From Saccostrea cucullata (lineage: Eukaryota), in NCBI RefSeq assembly GCF_032062105.1, contig NW_026924102.1:124001-188000 (forward strand): a stretch of DNA of 64,000 nt. Reading direction: 5' to 3'. Shown piece by piece: positions 61,731 through 64,000 of this stretch. The position numbers and the translations under genes are program-made. Every line of letters starts with the position of its first letter. Position 1 is the stretch's first letter. The notes under the pieces were generated by a model that was not told the origin of the DNA, did no database searches, and saw only the letters and a program-made list of their open reading frames with translations.

Positions 61731-64000
61731 ACCCTTACCAGTAGAAATAATTGCAATCTAAAACCAGAAGTCTCTGTCGAGACTGTAGCTCTACTGGTTT
61801 ATACTTAAAACAAAGGAAGATAAAAGTAGCAGTTGCGACTTGAAACTTTAAAACAGCAATAAATAGATAAATGATCCTCGCTACTCATCAAAACAAAAAC
61901 CGATGCAGAGAATTATGTATCTTAGTTGAGTTTACTTGTGTGCCAAGTAATATTGAAATCAGACGGAAACTGTAAAAGGAGTACATGTAGCATTTTGAAA
62001 GAATTTTAAAGGAATTTCTATTTTTAGTAACCATGGCAACACCGTTCCTCGAAATCAAAAACCAATGCACAGAATTATGTATCTTAGTGTAGTCTACTTG
62101 TGTGCCAAGTTATATTGAAATCAGACCAATACTGTAGGAGGAGTAGCATTTTGAAAGAATTTCAAAGAAATTTCTATTTTTAGTAACCATGACAACACTG
62201 TTCGATGAAATCAAAAACTGATGCACAGAATTATGTATCTTAGTGTAGTCTACTTGTGTGCCAAGTTATATTGAAATCGGACCAAAACTGTAGGAGGAGT
62301 AGCATTTTGAAAGAATTTCACAGAAATTTCTATTTTTGGTAACCATGGCAACACCGTTCCTCGAAATCAAAAACCAATGCACAGAATTATGTATCTTAGT
62401 GTAGTCTACTTGTGTGCTAAATTATATTGAAATCGGACCAAAACTGTAGGAGGAGTAGCATTTTGAAAGAATTTCACAGAAATTTCTATTTCTAGTAACC
62501 ATGGCAACACCCTTCATCGAAATCAAAAACCGATGCACAGAGTTATGTATCTTAGTGTAGTCTACTTGTGTGCTAAATTATATTGAAATCGGACCAAAAC
62601 TGTAGGAGAAGTAGCATTTTGAAAGAATTTCACAGAAATTTCTATTTTTAGTAACCATGGCAACACCATTCATCAAAATCAAAAACCGATGCACAGAATT
62701 ATGTGTCTTAGTATAGTCTACTTGTGTATTAAGTTATATTGAAATCGGACCAAAACTGTAGGAGGAGTAGCCTTTTGAAAAATTGTGCGGACGGAAGAAC
62801 GTTATAATCTGACCAGTACCAAGTTAATTTGAAATCAGACCAAAACTATAGGAGGAGTAGCATTTTGAAAGAATTTCACAGAAATTTCTATTTTTAGTAA
62901 CCATGGCAACACCCTTCATCGAAATCAAAAACCGATGCACAGAATTATGTGTCTTAGTGTAGTCTACTTGTGTGCCAAGTTATATTGAAGTTGGACCAAA
63001 ACTGTAGGAGGAGTAGCATTTTGAAAGAATTTCACAGAAATTTCTATTTTTAGTAACCATGGCAACACCGTTCATCGAAATCAAAAACTGATGCACAGAA
63101 TTATGTATCTTAGTGTAGTCTACTTGTGTGCCAAGTTATATTGAAATCGGACCAAAACTGTAGGAGGAGTAGCATTTTGAAAGAATTTCACAGAAATTTC
63201 TATTTTTGGTAACCATGGCAACACCGTTCCTCGAAATCAAAAACCAATGCACAGAATTATGTACCTTAGTGTAGTCTACTTGTGTGCTAAATTATATTGA
63301 AATCGGACCAAAACTGTAGGAGGAGTAGCCTTTTGAAAAATTGTTTACAGACAGACAGACAGACGGATGGAAGACGGACGCATTACTATCGCATAAGCTC
63401 TTCTGGTCTCTGACCAGTAGAGCTAAAAATATTAAATCCTCAGCTCTTAAATTGTACATTAATGATTCTTTTTTTACCTTTTGCTGTTCATACTCTTCCT
63501 CCAGAATGTCAGGTAGAGGGGAACTCTCTGGAGAATGAAAAAGAGGCTCGTCGTCTCCTGCAGTCTCCATATAACTCGCTTTTCTTGTCAACGTTTCAGA
63601 CTCCCCAACAGTTCCTCCATTTCCATCCTCCTGTCTGCTGCTCTGTGCTGGACTGGAAACAACATCATCCATCTTTACCTTGTTGTCTTCTCCTTCTTGG
63701 ATGTCATCCATCCTTAGAGAATCTTCTTTTACTGAAACTAGTGACCTTTCTAAACCTTTTTCTTTTCTTTTCTCACTGTCATCCGGTTTTAACTCTTCTT
63801 GAATCCTGGTGGTCTTCACATCTGTAATATCTGTATCTTCCTCTTCATCTTCCTCTGTCTTGGACTCCTTCTCTCCATCACATTCTTCCTCTTCACATGG
63901 AAGACTGTCTTCCACAGTTTCTGGTATGGCTGTAACCTCATCATCCATTTGATCTTCAAGATCTTCCAGACCAACCTCCATAGTCTCTGGCACCACATTA
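54303..64000 (-). CDS. BRCA1: BRCA1 ortholog, 3' part. Exons: >64000-63478, 61526-~60866, 60551-60463, 59853-~59769, 58661-57952, 57710-57623, 57222-57098, 56161-56017, 54947-54795, 54436-54303
   Basis: Phase-compatible exons give SSQSEGYNTQ plus coiled coil LQQELERMKKEMAEIE, and tandem BRCT: IASGL, THLIVKT, CERTLKFF, QWVTDS, YEISGD....HHYGPRKSR, SREWLLDS. Confidence 0.92.
54430..54560. repeat. Minisatellite of about 20-25 bp made of the last BRCA1 splice acceptor
   Basis: TACAGCCCTACAAACAAACAAAC repeated about 6 times. Confidence 0.85.
55075..55556. mobile_element. MITE with TTAA TSD (Kolobok-like)
   Basis: TTAA-GGTCAAGATCTAGTAAATGA and its exact inverse. Confidence 0.85.
56644..57066. mobile_element. 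PIF/Harbinger MITE, TAA TSD
   Basis: TAA-GGCCAT..ATTCCTAGATTCTCATCC and its inverse. Confidence 0.78.
60150..60475. repeat. 30-bp minisatellite made of a BRCA1 exon/donor junction
   Basis: TACCTGAGTRTTGTAGAWWTYGTGAGTTTA repeated about 11 times. Confidence 0.92.
61760..63428 (-). mobile_element. HINE-type element with internal satellite of about 156 bp in a BRCA1 intron
   Basis: Repeats GTAACCATGGCAACAC...ATGCACAGAATTATGTATCTTAG; (GACA)n; terminal hairpin AGCTCTTCTGGTC..GACCAGTAGAGCT. Confidence 0.85.

Overview
Bivalve (oyster-like, Ostreidae inferred from the satellite and TE families) nuclear DNA. Bases 1-20214 appear to be the right-hand part of an apparently intact Polinton/Maverick (adintovirus-like endogenous virus). 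Its GC-rich core carries pPolB, packaging ATPase, adenain protease, major and minor capsid proteins, a basic core protein and a chromo-integrase, plus accessory BIR/IAP, Macro-domain and tandem-PC4 genes. It ends in a canonical ...ACTACT terminus at 20214; the left TIR is not in the window. The AT-rich arm left of pPolB (1-6400) looks empty on the ORF track but contains spliceosomal genes. One is a minus-strand gene of at least 8 exons whose internal exons are all symmetric phase-2 microexons (24-75 nt). Another is a 3-exon single-pass membrane protein gene; a second TM ORF and a fixed-spacing bipartite motif array in front of pPolB are also present. A kB-CRE-kB palindrome sits in the promoter of the IAP gene. 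The host flank (20215-64000) is TE-dense (Helentron/HINE satellite elements, many MITEs, LINE and Penelope fragments, a tRNA-containing TRIM). It holds two tandem TMEM177 paralogs, an intronless class A GPCR and the 3' part of BRCA1. All calls were made by eye; no database searches were run.
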